Positions 28,480-38,982 of a DNA stretch of 64,000 nt are shown piece by piece. The stretch lies in the NCBI GenBank assembly GCA_050250895.1, contig JBFWNU010000001.1, positions 872,008-936,007 on the forward strand, read 5' to 3'. A model generated the notes under the pieces. That model was not told the origin of the DNA. It worked only from the letters and a program-made list of their open reading frames with translations, and ran no database searches. This DNA comes from Vulcanimicrobiota bacterium (lineage in GTDB: Bacteria; Vulcanimicrobiota; Xenobia; Xenobiales; JADMJV01). The number at the start of each line of letters is the position of its first letter. Within the stretch, counting starts at the first letter, position 1. The position numbers and the translations under genes were made by a program.

Positions 28480-29347
28480 CGTGCTCATGCACGAAAAGAT
28501 GGTTTACCTCCAGCCTTTCGTGCGCTCTCCGCAGGCCGACGACATCGTCGTTCTGGGAAGCGGAAGAAGCGGCACCACCTGGCTGCTCGAGATGTTGATC
28601 AGCCTGCCTGGCTATCGCGGCGTGATGGAGCCGTTTCAGCCCAAGAACGCCAGCCACTTTCCCCAGAATCCCCGCTATAGCCGTCGCTATCTCAGAGAGG
28701 GCGCCTGTGAGCCCGAACTGGAGGCCTATTTTCAAAGGCTCTTTCACCAGGAACTCGACTCTGACTGGTGGTGCGCCTGGCCCGCTTTCAATCGGCGGCC
28801 CCGGCGTTACCAGACCGTGCTCAAGACCATTCGGGGCTTGCTGATGATCAACTGGATGAAGACCTTGCCCGTTCGCTTTATCTACTTGCAGCGCGAGCCG
28901 GTAGCTACCCTCGGCAGCTGGGTCAGAATCGGGTGGGGAGAATCGGTGACGGATCTGGCCGTGTTTGTAAACCAACCCGAGTTGGTGGAAGACCACCTTC
29001 AACCGGTCCACCACCTCCTCGGCCGAGTGCAAGCCGAGGGCAGCAAGTTCGAGCAGGCAGCCGCCTGCTGGTGGATCGAGAACCTGGTGGCCCAGAGAAC
29101 TCTACCGCCCGGCAGCCTGAGGCTCAGCTATCAAGAGCTTACTGACAATCGCCCAGAGAGCCTCGATCTCATCTGTGGCTTCATGGGTCAAGAGCGCCCG
29201 GAGTTCCTGGTCAGCAGCAGCCAGCGGCGTTCCAAAACGACGGTAGGAGTCACCCGGCCAAACCCTGAGCTGGAGAGAGCTGTTCGAAGAACGCTAGACT
29301 CGCTGGAGGAACTGGCCCCACGCACTGGTCGGGTCAGAAACGGCTGA
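28472..29347 (+). CDS. sulfotransferase
   Basis: LGSGRSGTTWL..EPF, QREPVATLGS, SYQELTD. Confidence 0.85.
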   Translation: MPSVLMHEKMVYLQPFVRSPQADDIVVLGSGRSGTTWLLEMLISLPGYRGVMEPFQPKNASHFPQNPRYSRRYLREGACEPELEAYFQRLFHQELDSDWWCAWPAFNRRPRRYQTVLKTIRGLLMINWMKTLPVRFIYLQREPVATLGSWVRIGWGESVTDLAVFVNQPELVEDHLQPVHHLLGRVQAEGSKFEQAAACWWIENLVAQRTLPPGSLRLSYQELTDNRPESLDLICGFMGQERPEFLVSSSQRRSKTTVGVTRPNPELERAVRRTLDSLEELAPRTGRVRNG

Positions 29348-32300
29348 TGCTCTGGAACCAGAGCCGGGGTTGACCCAGCTCGTCAAAGGCGGTGCGCACC
29401 AGCAGGTTCTGGGCGAAGCGCCACTCTATCCCGAAGAGGTTCTCGGTGTAGGAACTATTGCTGCGGATGATGCGGGTCAAAGTCAACAAGAAGTCATCGT
29501 TTCGATCGAGAGCTTTGGCTAGTTTGACCACGTAGTCGGCGGGCGGGATGTATTCAAAGGAGATCTCGGACAGGAACAGGGCGCGCCCGATGCCCTCGGT
29601 CAGCCGATTGGTCAGGATGCCAGAGATGAACGAGACGCCCTGAGAGGCTAGAAAGCCCTGGAAACCCTGGGGCGAAGTGGCATTGGCCGTCTGCTGATCC
29701 TGGAAGGTGGTGGGCAAACCGCCCAGCACCACCAGACGGGACAGTTCAGCCTGGGGCAGGGGCGGGTCCGAGAACAGCTCGACATTGATGTTGTCGGGAT
29801 AGGTTCCGTCCACCCGGGCGATGATGCGATAACCGCCCAGGTCGGTAACCGCTTCCACCGCCTCGAGGGTGGGCACCAGCGTGCGATTCCAGTAGGCAGT
29901 GCCCTGGCGCAGCCGGAAGCTGGCATCGTAGAAAGGGATGCGGATATTGCCGCGAGAGAGCCCCAACTGCCCGATCAACAAAGGCTTAGAGCTTCCGCTA
30001 GCGTTGACCACCTTGAGTTCGCCCCGGGCGCGTACTTGCGAGTCGAGGGCCCGGGCCCAAACATCGTCGCCGAGATTGAGGTCGAGGTCGTAAAGGAAGG
30101 GAAAGGCCCCCGCCACCGAGCCTCGCTTCTCGGCCCCTTCGACGGCCGATACGGGTATTTCGATGTCGCCCTCGGGAATGACCACGGTGCCCTCGATGAC
30201 CGGCACCAGAACGGGTCTGTCGGGGTCATCTCCGGGCACCCCCTGCATTGCCAGGTCGACCGTGGCCGTGCCGTGAAAAAGGTGGGGGATGTGAATGGGC
30301 AGCGAGTCACCGAAGAGCCTGATGTCGAGATACGTGGGTTCAAGACCGATCAACTCGGCTTTGCCTTGAAGCTTGAACGCCTGCCCACCCAGCCGCCCTT
30401 CGAAGCGCTCGATGGCATAGCGATTGATCACCTCGCCGTCGAGAGTGCGCCCGATGGCCGAGGGCTCGGCCTCGGCAGCGTCGACCCGATCGAAATGGGT
30501 AATGATGTTGAGTTCCGTCAGATCGCCATACTCGCGCGAGAGCACCGAGGCGTCTTTGACCTCGATCACACCCGCCAACTCGGGCTCTTCGAAACTGCCC
30601 TCGAGACTGAGGGTGCCCTCGATCTCGCCGGCTGTCTTGACGCCCGGACCCAGCACGGCCGCCACCAGCAACATGCCTTTGTCGGTGAGGGTGGCCTCGG
30701 CATTGATCCTGGAAGTGCGGCTCAGACGCTTGCCCAACCAGGCCAGGTGCAAGCGGTCGTCATGGGGCTGACCGCTGTCTAACCAGTCTAGCTGGGCCTT
30801 GCCTTTGAGACCCAGCGAGTGGTCAAGACTCTTCTTGTCCCCGAGATAAACCTGGGACGGCTGGCCCCCGGGGCCGGTGAAAGTTAACTCGTAGTTACCT
30901 TCGGGACTGTTGCCGCCCACGATACCCAGCACCCCCTCAGCCAGATGAACGCTGCCCAGAGTCGCCTGGCTGAGGCGACCGACCACGCCCAGATTGGGCC
31001 GCAGCAGCGGCCCGTCCAGCTGCACCTCGAGCTGGTCGATGGTGCCTTTGAGACCCAGACTCTCGGGCAGCAAGAAGGCCAGATTCTCGAGCGGCAAGCT
31101 CAGCGCTGCCAGTTGGAAATGACTGTCGGGATTGGCTCCGGCCGCCTCCATCAGGGCCAGCTCGCCACTGGCCTCGAGGCGGCCTCCCACGGTTTGAGAA
31201 ACCGGTCCCTGCTCGAGTCGGAAGAACGCCAACGTCAGCGGCTCGAGCACCAGGCGACCGGCGGTCTGGTCCCGCTGGTAGCGGAGCTGGGTCGGGTCCT
31301 CCAGACGGAAGCCCGAGACGACCCCGGCGTTTTCCCCCTCGACCCGCAGTTCGTCGAGGTGCAGGGCGTAGCGCGGCAGTCCGCTGCCAGCCCCAAGCTG
31401 GTGGTCGCGATACCATTGGCCTTCGAGTTCGAGGCTGCCACTGGCCAGGATCGACCCTTCGGTCAAAGGACGGCCGGCCACTCGCTCCAGGGCACGGCGG
31501 GTCAGCCGTTCGGCCTGGAACCGAAAAGGCAATCCGCCCCGCCCGAAGTCGGGGCCGGCGGGCGAGGCGAAGTAGTCCTCCAGACTCTGCTCAGAGGCCG
31601 GCAAACCGAAGTGGACGGTGCCCTCGGCCGCCAGTTCGGGGGCCTCGGCCTCTTCACCGAGGCGCACATGAAAAGCGCTCGCGGGAATCTGCACTTCGAC
31701 TCGCTCACCGTCCAGACGCAAACGCACTCCCTGACCGGGCCCGGTGCTGGGCCGGGCGTTCTGGCGGTCGATGTAGCCAAACACCAGGCCGTCAAGATTC
31801 ATCGGAGAGCCTTCGCCGGTGAGGACCGAGGGGTCCCAGACCAATCGATCGGACTCGAGACCAAGATAGATGACCGGCGCCCGCCCCCCCTTGCCTTCGA
31901 CCGAGACGGCCACGTCGAGCTGGCCGGTCAGGCCATCAAAAGGATGACCCAGCGGGGCGAACAGCGAGGTGGGCACCTGACCCGCCCACAGGCTACCCAC
32001 CAGGGTTCCGTCGCGACTACGCTTGCCTGACCCCGAGAGAGCCACGCCGTTGCTTTCGATGGTGAGATCGGTGATGCGAATCTCGCCTTGCTGACCGCTA
32101 AAGTCCAACCTGGCCGAGTCGATGGCCAGGGGGTTGCCCGACAGCCACAGCCCGCCGTCGGTCAGGGCCACCGTGCCCGCCACCGAGGGGTGGGCCAGGC
32201 CGCCCCAGATATGGAAATTGTCGGTGGCTACCTGACCATAGGGGATCAGGTAGGAGATGGCTCCCGGCAGAAACAGGGCCAGCTCGCTGGCCTTCCAGCC

Positions 32301-35165
32301 ATTACTGGCCAGCCGCAGGTCGAGTTCCATTTCCCGGTTCAGCGCCAGCTCGCCGCGAGCGCGCAGCAGAGCCGTTTCTAGCGGAGAGCCGGTCTCTCCC
32401 AGCAGCTTGGCGATGCGGGGATCGAAAGCCCGGCTCGAGACCAGCAGATCGTCGAGGCGCAACCGGCGAGCATCGGCCTGCACTCTAGCCCCCATCGAAT
32501 AGGCATAGCTGCTGCGCAGACCGGGCACGTCAGGGTCTTTGTCGCCGACCAGTAGCCAGGGCACATCAAAAAGCGCCGTCAAGGTCGGCTGCCGAAGGGT
32601 CCCACCCAGGCGGCCGTAAGCGAAGGCCAGGCCGGAGTCTAGCGAAAATCCCGCGATTTCGTTGAAAGAAGCCCCGTCAAACCAGGGTTCTGAGGCTAGC
32701 CAACCGAGATCGATTCCCGAGGCGTCGATGCCCAGATTCAGGCCTCCGTTGGCCAGATTGGCCCGGCCCGAGAGCTGCACCGACCCGAAGGTCGGAAAGG
32801 GAAAGCTGTCCACCTGGATGGCCGTCAGTGGCCCGGCCATGGTGGGACCGAAAAAGCCGTAAGCGTGCCCCTGGTAACGAGTCACCGGCAAGTCGAACCC
32901 CTGGGAAAAAGGATTCTCCCAGGTCAATAGATTCCGGGAGAGGGTCAAGATCTGGCCTTTCAGGGCTCCCTCGCCGAACAGATCCAGACCCTTCAGGCCG
33001 TGGCGTCCGCCCAGTTCGCCGTTGTAGGCGAAGGCCAGGTTGTCGGGCACGCCGCGAGCGGCCAGGCGAGCCGAAAACGGTCCTATCTCGGCCGTGTCGG
33101 CCTGGACCCAGGCCGACACGCCGAGCTGTCCGTCGGTGCGTCGAAAGCCTTGCGAGACAGCCGTCATCTGGGGCCCGGTTAGGGCCGCGTGGAAAGAAGC
33201 CCGCCCATCGGCGTTGCCGCTGAGGGCGGCCACCAGGTCGCCCTCTCCGGGAAGTCCCAGGCTGGCCAGTCTGACTGCCTGGGTGGCCACCACCAACTCC
33301 GCGACCTGGCTACGCAGGTCGTAGAGGCCGGCCAGCTCGACCGTGCCCTGGCCCACCCTGGCTCGCAAGCCTGGCAACAATAGCTGCTCTGAGCTGGCTA
33401 CAAAAGCGCCTTCTAGTTCGTCAGCCCGAAGGTCTCGGTAGCGCACCTCGCCATCGGTGATGAAGCCGAGCGCTCGCAGCGACTGGGGCTGCTCGACATT
33501 GCCCCAGAAGCTGGCCCGACCGCTGACGACGGCGCTGGCCCCGTCAGCCTGGTCCCACGCAAACCGGGCCGTCGAAACCGAACCGTCGAGTTCGCCAGTC
33601 TTGGGGTCGTAGAGAGCAAAAGGAAGAGTAACCAACGAGGTGGTGTTGGAGGCCGAGCCGTCGTAGACGATGACCGTATCCCGGCTGGCCATAAAGCGGC
33701 CTCGGGCCTCGGTCAGACCCTGGCTCCAGGCCCCCAGCCCGCTGAGGTTGCCCTGCCCGTAGATGAGCGGGTTTTTCTCTGTGCCCAGCACCGAGACCGT
33801 GAAGTCACCGCTGCGGGCCACCCCGGGGGCCAGTTGGTCGAGGCGGGCGTTGCGCCCTTCAAGGCGTAGAGCCACCCCTAGTTCATCGCCCAGGAAAGCG
33901 AGACCGCGCCCCGCCAACTGCCCCAGCGAGGTGTCGGCTTCAAGATTGATCAAGGTGAGCAGATCTTGCTCGATGCGAAAGCGGGTCGTGAAACGATTGA
34001 CCTGCTCCTGTTCGACGGTCAGGTCCGTTCCGGTCAGCTGACCCTCGATGGTGGGCTTGTCCCAGGCCCCCTCGACGGTCGCGTCCAGGGCCACCTGACC
34101 GGTCGCTTCGGGAGCTTTGGCCAACAGCTTACGCGCCTCGCCCAGGTCGATGCTGGGCATGGTCAAGCTGAGATTGAGCCGGTTGATGGGCTTGAAATTG
34201 GCCTCGCCCCAGAGCTTGAAGTCCAGGCCGTGAACTTTGCCGGTGAGCCCCTCGGTCCGCAGGGCACTTCCCACCAGTTCGAGGCCGCCGCTCAGGTCGT
34301 CGACCGGCGCCGGCATCGCGGGCGACTGAAACGACACCTGAGCGAGCCGAATCTCGCCCAGGACGAAGAGATGGCGCGCGATCTGATCCCACAGACCGGC
34401 CTCGGAGTGCAACAGCAGGTTGGCCGTGACCGTACCCGAGTCGATGATGGTCATGCCCGGTCCGAAGCCGGGGTGCCCGCTGAACGGACTCAACTCGAGT
34501 TGCTCGACGTCCGCCAACAGATGCACTCGGGGCGGGGACATGGCCACCTGGCCGCGCAGGCTGAACCGGCCCTCGGCGGACTCGAGCGGACGAAAGCCAA
34601 AGTCGAGCGCTATCGGTTGACCGGGCTCGAAGTCGATCTGACCCTTCCAGTCTGAAAGCTCATAGAGAAAGCCGGCGCCACGCTCATCCCGATAGATGAT
34701 GTAGCCGTCTTCGAAGACCACCTGGGCTCGAAATCGTTCCAGAAAGCCGCTGTCGCCACGCAGGTCGCTGGGCAACAGAGAGGTCAGGTTGACTGACCCG
34801 CCGGGGTCGACGACCACTCGAAGACCCGGATTCACCAGCTTGATCCGGCGCATGGACTCGGCCCAGCGCCCGCGCAACAGAGCTCCCAGGCGCGCATTGA
34901 GCACCACCTGGTCGACTTCGAGCACCGACTGGCCGTCGGGGGTCGTCATCTTGACGTCTTCGAGCACCGCGCCCGTCAGGCGGAGATGGGCTTCACCCAC
35001 CCGCAAATCGCCATTGATCTGGGCGCGCACGGGCCCCAGCACGAACTGCACGAGCGGGTCGAAGAACAAGACCAGCGAGGCCAACAGCGCCAACAGAAGA
35101 ACAAGGCCCGCCAAGGCGAGCCGGGTCGCGATCTTTTTGAGGGCCTTCACATCGAGCTGAGCCAC
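29334..35165 (-). CDS. tamB: TamB/AsmA-like translocation and assembly module protein
   Basis: 1943 aa, N-terminal anchor, beta-rich repeats, C-terminal DUF490-like (SDPPLPQAELSRLVVLG). Confidence 0.8.
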   Translation of the reverse strand: MAQLDVKALKKIATRLALAGLVLLLALLASLVLFFDPLVQFVLGPVRAQINGDLRVGEAHLRLTGAVLEDVKMTTPDGQSVLEVDQVVLNARLGALLRGRWAESMRRIKLVNPGLRVVVDPGGSVNLTSLLPSDLRGDSGFLERFRAQVVFEDGYIIYRDERGAGFLYELSDWKGQIDFEPGQPIALDFGFRPLESAEGRFSLRGQVAMSPPRVHLLADVEQLELSPFSGHPGFGPGMTIIDSGTVTANLLLHSEAGLWDQIARHLFVLGEIRLAQVSFQSPAMPAPVDDLSGGLELVGSALRTEGLTGKVHGLDFKLWGEANFKPINRLNLSLTMPSIDLGEARKLLAKAPEATGQVALDATVEGAWDKPTIEGQLTGTDLTVEQEQVNRFTTRFRIEQDLLTLINLEADTSLGQLAGRGLAFLGDELGVALRLEGRNARLDQLAPGVARSGDFTVSVLGTEKNPLIYGQGNLSGLGAWSQGLTEARGRFMASRDTVIVYDGSASNTTSLVTLPFALYDPKTGELDGSVSTARFAWDQADGASAVVSGRASFWGNVEQPQSLRALGFITDGEVRYRDLRADELEGAFVASSEQLLLPGLRARVGQGTVELAGLYDLRSQVAELVVATQAVRLASLGLPGEGDLVAALSGNADGRASFHAALTGPQMTAVSQGFRRTDGQLGVSAWVQADTAEIGPFSARLAARGVPDNLAFAYNGELGGRHGLKGLDLFGEGALKGQILTLSRNLLTWENPFSQGFDLPVTRYQGHAYGFFGPTMAGPLTAIQVDSFPFPTFGSVQLSGRANLANGGLNLGIDASGIDLGWLASEPWFDGASFNEIAGFSLDSGLAFAYGRLGGTLRQPTLTALFDVPWLLVGDKDPDVPGLRSSYAYSMGARVQADARRLRLDDLLVSSRAFDPRIAKLLGETGSPLETALLRARGELALNREMELDLRLASNGWKASELALFLPGAISYLIPYGQVATDNFHIWGGLAHPSVAGTVALTDGGLWLSGNPLAIDSARLDFSGQQGEIRITDLTIESNGVALSGSGKRSRDGTLVGSLWAGQVPTSLFAPLGHPFDGLTGQLDVAVSVEGKGGRAPVIYLGLESDRLVWDPSVLTGEGSPMNLDGLVFGYIDRQNARPSTGPGQGVRLRLDGERVEVQIPASAFHVRLGEEAEAPELAAEGTVHFGLPASEQSLEDYFASPAGPDFGRGGLPFRFQAERLTRRALERVAGRPLTEGSILASGSLELEGQWYRDHQLGAGSGLPRYALHLDELRVEGENAGVVSGFRLEDPTQLRYQRDQTAGRLVLEPLTLAFFRLEQGPVSQTVGGRLEASGELALMEAAGANPDSHFQLAALSLPLENLAFLLPESLGLKGTIDQLEVQLDGPLLRPNLGVVGRLSQATLGSVHLAEGVLGIVGGNSPEGNYELTFTGPGGQPSQVYLGDKKSLDHSLGLKGKAQLDWLDSGQPHDDRLHLAWLGKRLSRTSRINAEATLTDKGMLLVAAVLGPGVKTAGEIEGTLSLEGSFEEPELAGVIEVKDASVLSREYGDLTELNIITHFDRVDAAEAEPSAIGRTLDGEVINRYAIERFEGRLGGQAFKLQGKAELIGLEPTYLDIRLFGDSLPIHIPHLFHGTATVDLAMQGVPGDDPDRPVLVPVIEGTVVIPEGDIEIPVSAVEGAEKRGSVAGAFPFLYDLDLNLGDDVWARALDSQVRARGELKVVNASGSSKPLLIGQLGLSRGNIRIPFYDASFRLRQGTAYWNRTLVPTLEAVEAVTDLGGYRIIARVDGTYPDNINVELFSDPPLPQAELSRLVVLGGLPTTFQDQQTANATSPQGFQGFLASQGVSFISGILTNRLTEGIGRALFLSEISFEYIPPADYVVKLAKALDRNDDFLLTLTRIIRSNSSYTENLFGIEWRFAQNLLVRTAFDELGQPRLWFQSISRF

Positions 35166-35399
35166 GTTCTATTTCAACCTGTCATGGTGTCCCGAGTTCT
35201 GGTTTTCGCATGGTTATCAGCCTTTCCTGTCGTTATTTGAAGCGTTTTCAAGATCGCGAGTTCACATTTTTGGCGCGCGAGGGGCTGGCCAGAACGCCTT
35301 CGACCCCATCGTTGGCGCCAGGTCTTCCCGCCTCGGCACATCTTCCGCTACGCCGACCAGGCGGCCGCCCACGGAGCTTAGGGCCAGGCCCTTAGGGCG

Positions 35400-36548
35400 C
35401 TAGGCTTCGACGGGGACGCGATAGCCCCCGATGTCGACGGCTTCCTCGTCGATCTGAATCGGCTTTACCTCACGCTCTGGGCCGAGCAGATAGTTGCGCG
35501 CCCGAGTCGGGTCGAGGGGCACAGGGTCGCAGAGACGCTCCTGACCGTCGCATTGGATCTTCAATTGGCCTTTGTCCCAGCCCGCGAGCTGCCCACGAGC
35601 CACCGGAAAGAACCCCTGGTCGCCCTGTACGAACACGGTCGGACCGTCGCTCTCTTGGGCCTGGGCGGCCAACCGCCCGTCACTTGACCAGAAAACAGCC
35701 TCGACACGGTAAGGAAGGCCAGCCTGGCCAGGCACGACCAGACCTCGTTCAAAAGCCACCGCGGGCGGTCCGTCCTCGGCCCAATAGACCTGGTCGAGCT
35801 TCCCTCTCGAGGGCAACGCCTCGAGTTCGGCACCGGGCAACCGCGCCCAGAAATATTGTTGGCCCGAGTTAAAGACGACCTGAGAGTGGTCTTTGGAGAG
35901 CAAGCGATGATCGGGCAGGGCGTAGCCAAACTGCTCGAGCAGTCTGCTGGCGACCGCTTCGTCGATTCCCGGAAAGAGTTCGCGATAGGTGCTCAGCAGG
36001 GGCCGACGCACGGGCGTGCCCAGTTCCTCCGCCGCCTGCACATCCTCGAGCATGGCCATGGTCCCGTTGGGTTCGACCACGTAGTAGGTGGGAACCGAGG
36101 CGATTCCCCAACTGCTGTCGTGAGAGCACACCAGCAAGCGATCGTCGGCCAGGTACTCGACCCGCTCGATCCAGCGGGGTGTGTGACAAAGTTCGCGCTG
36201 ACCAGCCTGGTCCACGACCATGACCCGGTCGTGGTTGGCGTAAGCCAGGGCGCCGCCGTCCGAGCGCAGGTCGAGCGAGCCCAGGCTAAAGCCCTGGGCC
36301 AGCTTACGAGGGCTCTCGCCCGCAGAGGCGAGCCACAATTCCTTGGCCCCACCCTGACCGGCAACCAGGGCCGCTACCGAACCGTCGTCGGCCACCGAAA
36401 GGCTGTCGAGGGGCCGGGCGAAATCGATGGAAAGCTGGTTTTTCCCCTCGACAATAGCAAAGTTGCCCTCCGGATGGGCCGTAAAGCGGGCCTGCGGAGA
36501 ACGGTCAGCCGGCGGGGAGACGTTGAGAGCATTGGCCGGAATGTCCAT
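35400..36548 (-). CDS. hypothetical protein, beta-propeller-like
   Basis: repeated short beta units (LRSDGGALAY, FWSSDGRLAA). Confidence 0.65.
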   Translation of the reverse strand: MDIPANALNVSPPADRSPQARFTAHPEGNFAIVEGKNQLSIDFARPLDSLSVADDGSVAALVAGQGGAKELWLASAGESPRKLAQGFSLGSLDLRSDGGALAYANHDRVMVVDQAGQRELCHTPRWIERVEYLADDRLLVCSHDSSWGIASVPTYYVVEPNGTMAMLEDVQAAEELGTPVRRPLLSTYRELFPGIDEAVASRLLEQFGYALPDHRLLSKDHSQVVFNSGQQYFWARLPGAELEALPSRGKLDQVYWAEDGPPAVAFERGLVVPGQAGLPYRVEAVFWSSDGRLAAQAQESDGPTVFVQGDQGFFPVARGQLAGWDKGQLKIQCDGQERLCDPVPLDPTRARNYLLGPEREVKPIQIDEEAVDIGGYRVPVEA

Positions 36549-36655
36549 CTGGCGGCTATTGTCTGGCTGGGGCCCGAACGAGTTGTGAACCCGCCGTAAA
36601 TTTCAGCCTGGGTGGCCTGAAGGCGACCTCTTCAGCGTAGCGAATTCTTCTTCTG

Positions 36656-37852
36656 ATGGACTCCCTTCGGCCTGTCTCGTTGCGCGCCACCCCGACGAGT
36701 CGCCCCGCGACCGCGTCGGCGGCCCAAGCCCCCGCCGAGCCCCCTCTCGAGACCTCCGACATCGTGTCGGTGCAGGGCTTTACCCCCGGCCAGGTGCGCT
36801 GGGAGTCGGCCAAGGCAGTGGCCAGAGCAGCGGCTGAGGTCAGTCTGCCTCTGGCCCTCGGCGCCACTTTCGGTTTGCCCGGGCTGGCCCTCGGCACGGC
36901 CGTCTCGACGGTCTCGGCCACCGCCCAGAGCGAGGCCCTCAGCCTGGGCGGCCGCCTCAAAGACGGCCTGATGATGGGCGCGCTGCCGCTGGGGCTAGCG
37001 CTCTCGATGGCCCTGCCCGGAGCCGGCCTGGCCGCCCTGTTCGGCGCGGGAACGGCCATCATATTGGGCAAAGGCGCCGCCCTGGCGGCAGCCGCCGCCT
37101 TTCCCTGGTTCGCCGGAAAGTCGGCTCACGAAAAGTTCAGCCAGGAGCCCAAGGTTCGGCTAGCCCCCAAGACCTTCAACCCCAAAATGTCCGAGGCTTT
37201 GAAGCAACGTCTCAAAGCCCACGGTGTCGAGCAAACCGGGTCAGCCGCCAAGACGGTCGCCCTGGCCTGTCAGCACCTGGGTCCGGCGGCCGTACTGGCT
37301 GTGGCCGATCAGGTCGGGGCCGAGCTCATCACTCCCGGGGCAGCCGACCTCATCAACCAGGTGAGCATGAAAGCCCACCCTGGCGAGAAGGGGGCCGATG
37401 GGGTCACGCTGGCCAGTTTGCACGGCACGCCGGGTCTGGCCACCGTCCACGACATCGTGCTTGATGCCGACTTCGTCAAGGCCAACGAAGCCCGCCCCGC
37501 CGCCGTGGCCTGGGTGAAGGGCCACGAGCAGAGCCACATCGACCACAAAGACGTGCTGGCTGGCACGGCCCGCTCGGCCCTGCTCAAAATGCTGAAAAAC
37601 TCTGCCTGGACCTGCCCCGGCCTGGCCGGCCTGGCTTTGCGAGAACTGGAGCTGCAAGATGCAAGAGATAGCCGTTCGCGCGAGTCGAGGGCCGACCGCG
37701 AAGGCTTCGACTACGCTCTGGCCCAGGGCCACAGTCGCGAAGAAACCCTGGAAGCCATTCAAGGCATTCTCAAGCAAACCACCGACCACGAAGAACTCGA
37801 CCGTCACCCCGCTGGAGCCGTGCGCGTCGAAGACCTGAAGAATTACAGCTGA
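36656..37852 (+). CDS. membrane protein with M48-like zinc peptidase C-terminus
   Basis: GHEQSH (HExxH), ESRADREG, HP..RV; hydrophobic central segments. Confidence 0.7.
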   Translation: MDSLRPVSLRATPTSRPATASAAQAPAEPPLETSDIVSVQGFTPGQVRWESAKAVARAAAEVSLPLALGATFGLPGLALGTAVSTVSATAQSEALSLGGRLKDGLMMGALPLGLALSMALPGAGLAALFGAGTAIILGKGAALAAAAAFPWFAGKSAHEKFSQEPKVRLAPKTFNPKMSEALKQRLKAHGVEQTGSAAKTVALACQHLGPAAVLAVADQVGAELITPGAADLINQVSMKAHPGEKGADGVTLASLHGTPGLATVHDIVLDADFVKANEARPAAVAWVKGHEQSHIDHKDVLAGTARSALLKMLKNSAWTCPGLAGLALRELELQDARDSRSRESRADREGFDYALAQGHSREETLEAIQGILKQTTDHEELDRHPAGAVRVEDLKNYS

Positions 37853-38934
37853 CGCGCCAGTTGCCGGGAATAGAAGCAGTTCCTGTCGACTAGCTCCTTC
37901 AAGCGCGCCTGCCGAGCCTCGGGCTTGAGTTCGCGTAGCTGACGGGCGTGGCGCTCACGATGCTCGCCGGATCGGTCGTCGAGACGATGGATCAACGCCA
38001 GCGCACTCACCAGCGCCCTCTCCTGAGCCACACTCCTACCGGATAGCGCTGGCTGGGCAGCAGCGGCGACCAGCGAGTCGACGGCCGCCCAATACAGATT
38101 GTGCTCAAAGCGAGCTCGGGTAGCGCTCTCCAAAGCCTGTTTCACCCTCCGACGAGCCCGGGCCCCGGCTCGCTGAGCGCAGCCACGCAACACCTGCTCA
38201 TGCCCTTCCCGCCGCACCTTCTCGCTCAGACCCACCATCAATGCGCCCGGGTCGCGCATCATCCCCGCGCAGCCGAATCCGATGAATCGAACCAGACCAG
38301 CCCGGTCGAGCCTTCGGGCCAGGTGCCGGCAAAGATCGGCGTAAAGCGCAAACCAGCCGGTCACGAAGCCATCGGCCGCTACTGCCTCGCGCAGGTCTTT
38401 GACATGGCGCCACTCACGCTCGACCGCCTCGAGCGGGTCCCCCTTCAGCAGGCTCGGGCGCAGCCTCGCCGCCGCCTCGCCCACCAGTCGCTGATTGTAG
38501 TCGGGTGCGCAGCAGGCCAGGGTAGCTGCCATGTTCTCCTGCAACGGCTCCACCTGTTCAGGATGGATGCCGAATTGCACCTCGCCATCCTCGTCGCCCA
38601 GCACTTTGACTGATTGGCCCTGGCCAAGGCCCACCAAGAGGCGACAGAACTCCCCCAGCCAAAACATGCTGGGGCGTCGTCTCGGGTCGATCTCCAGCCG
38701 ATAGGGCGGGTTCGCCTGGACCTCTTTCTCGAAGAGCACCACCACGTCACCGTCGGGGGTCGCCTCGACGACCCCCTGCAGCCAGTTAGCGCCGACCAGG
38801 AACTGCCCTGGCCGACCCTGACGAGCGGCCATCGAGGCCAGTAAAACCTGGTCGACCAGGACTGGCGACACGGCCGTCAAAGCCCGGCTGAGAGTGCCTC
38901 CGTCGGCCACCAAACGGTCGATGGTGATTTCCAT
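37843..38934 (-). CDS. hypothetical protein
   Basis: 363-aa ORF with GAGG-like RBS; no family recognised. Confidence 0.6.
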   Translation of the reverse strand: MEITIDRLVADGGTLSRALTAVSPVLVDQVLLASMAARQGRPGQFLVGANWLQGVVEATPDGDVVVLFEKEVQANPPYRLEIDPRRRPSMFWLGEFCRLLVGLGQGQSVKVLGDEDGEVQFGIHPEQVEPLQENMAATLACCAPDYNQRLVGEAAARLRPSLLKGDPLEAVEREWRHVKDLREAVAADGFVTGWFALYADLCRHLARRLDRAGLVRFIGFGCAGMMRDPGALMVGLSEKVRREGHEQVLRGCAQRAGARARRRVKQALESATRARFEHNLYWAAVDSLVAAAAQPALSGRSVAQERALVSALALIHRLDDRSGEHRERHARQLRELKPEARQARLKELVDRNCFYSRQLARQL

Positions 38935-38982
38935 GGCCGGCCTCTTCCCACTAGTCGAAAGAAGCCCTTCCAGCCATCGCGG

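Noticed and set aside
25359-29347. Canonical lasso peptide or PQQ cluster
   Set aside because: No asparagine-synthetase-like cyclase and no pqqB/C/E in the window; the RRE is fused to the peptide.
29334-35165. Giant toxin or adhesin
   Set aside because: N-terminal anchor and DUF490-like C-terminus fit TamB; no RHS, RTX or haemagglutinin repeats.
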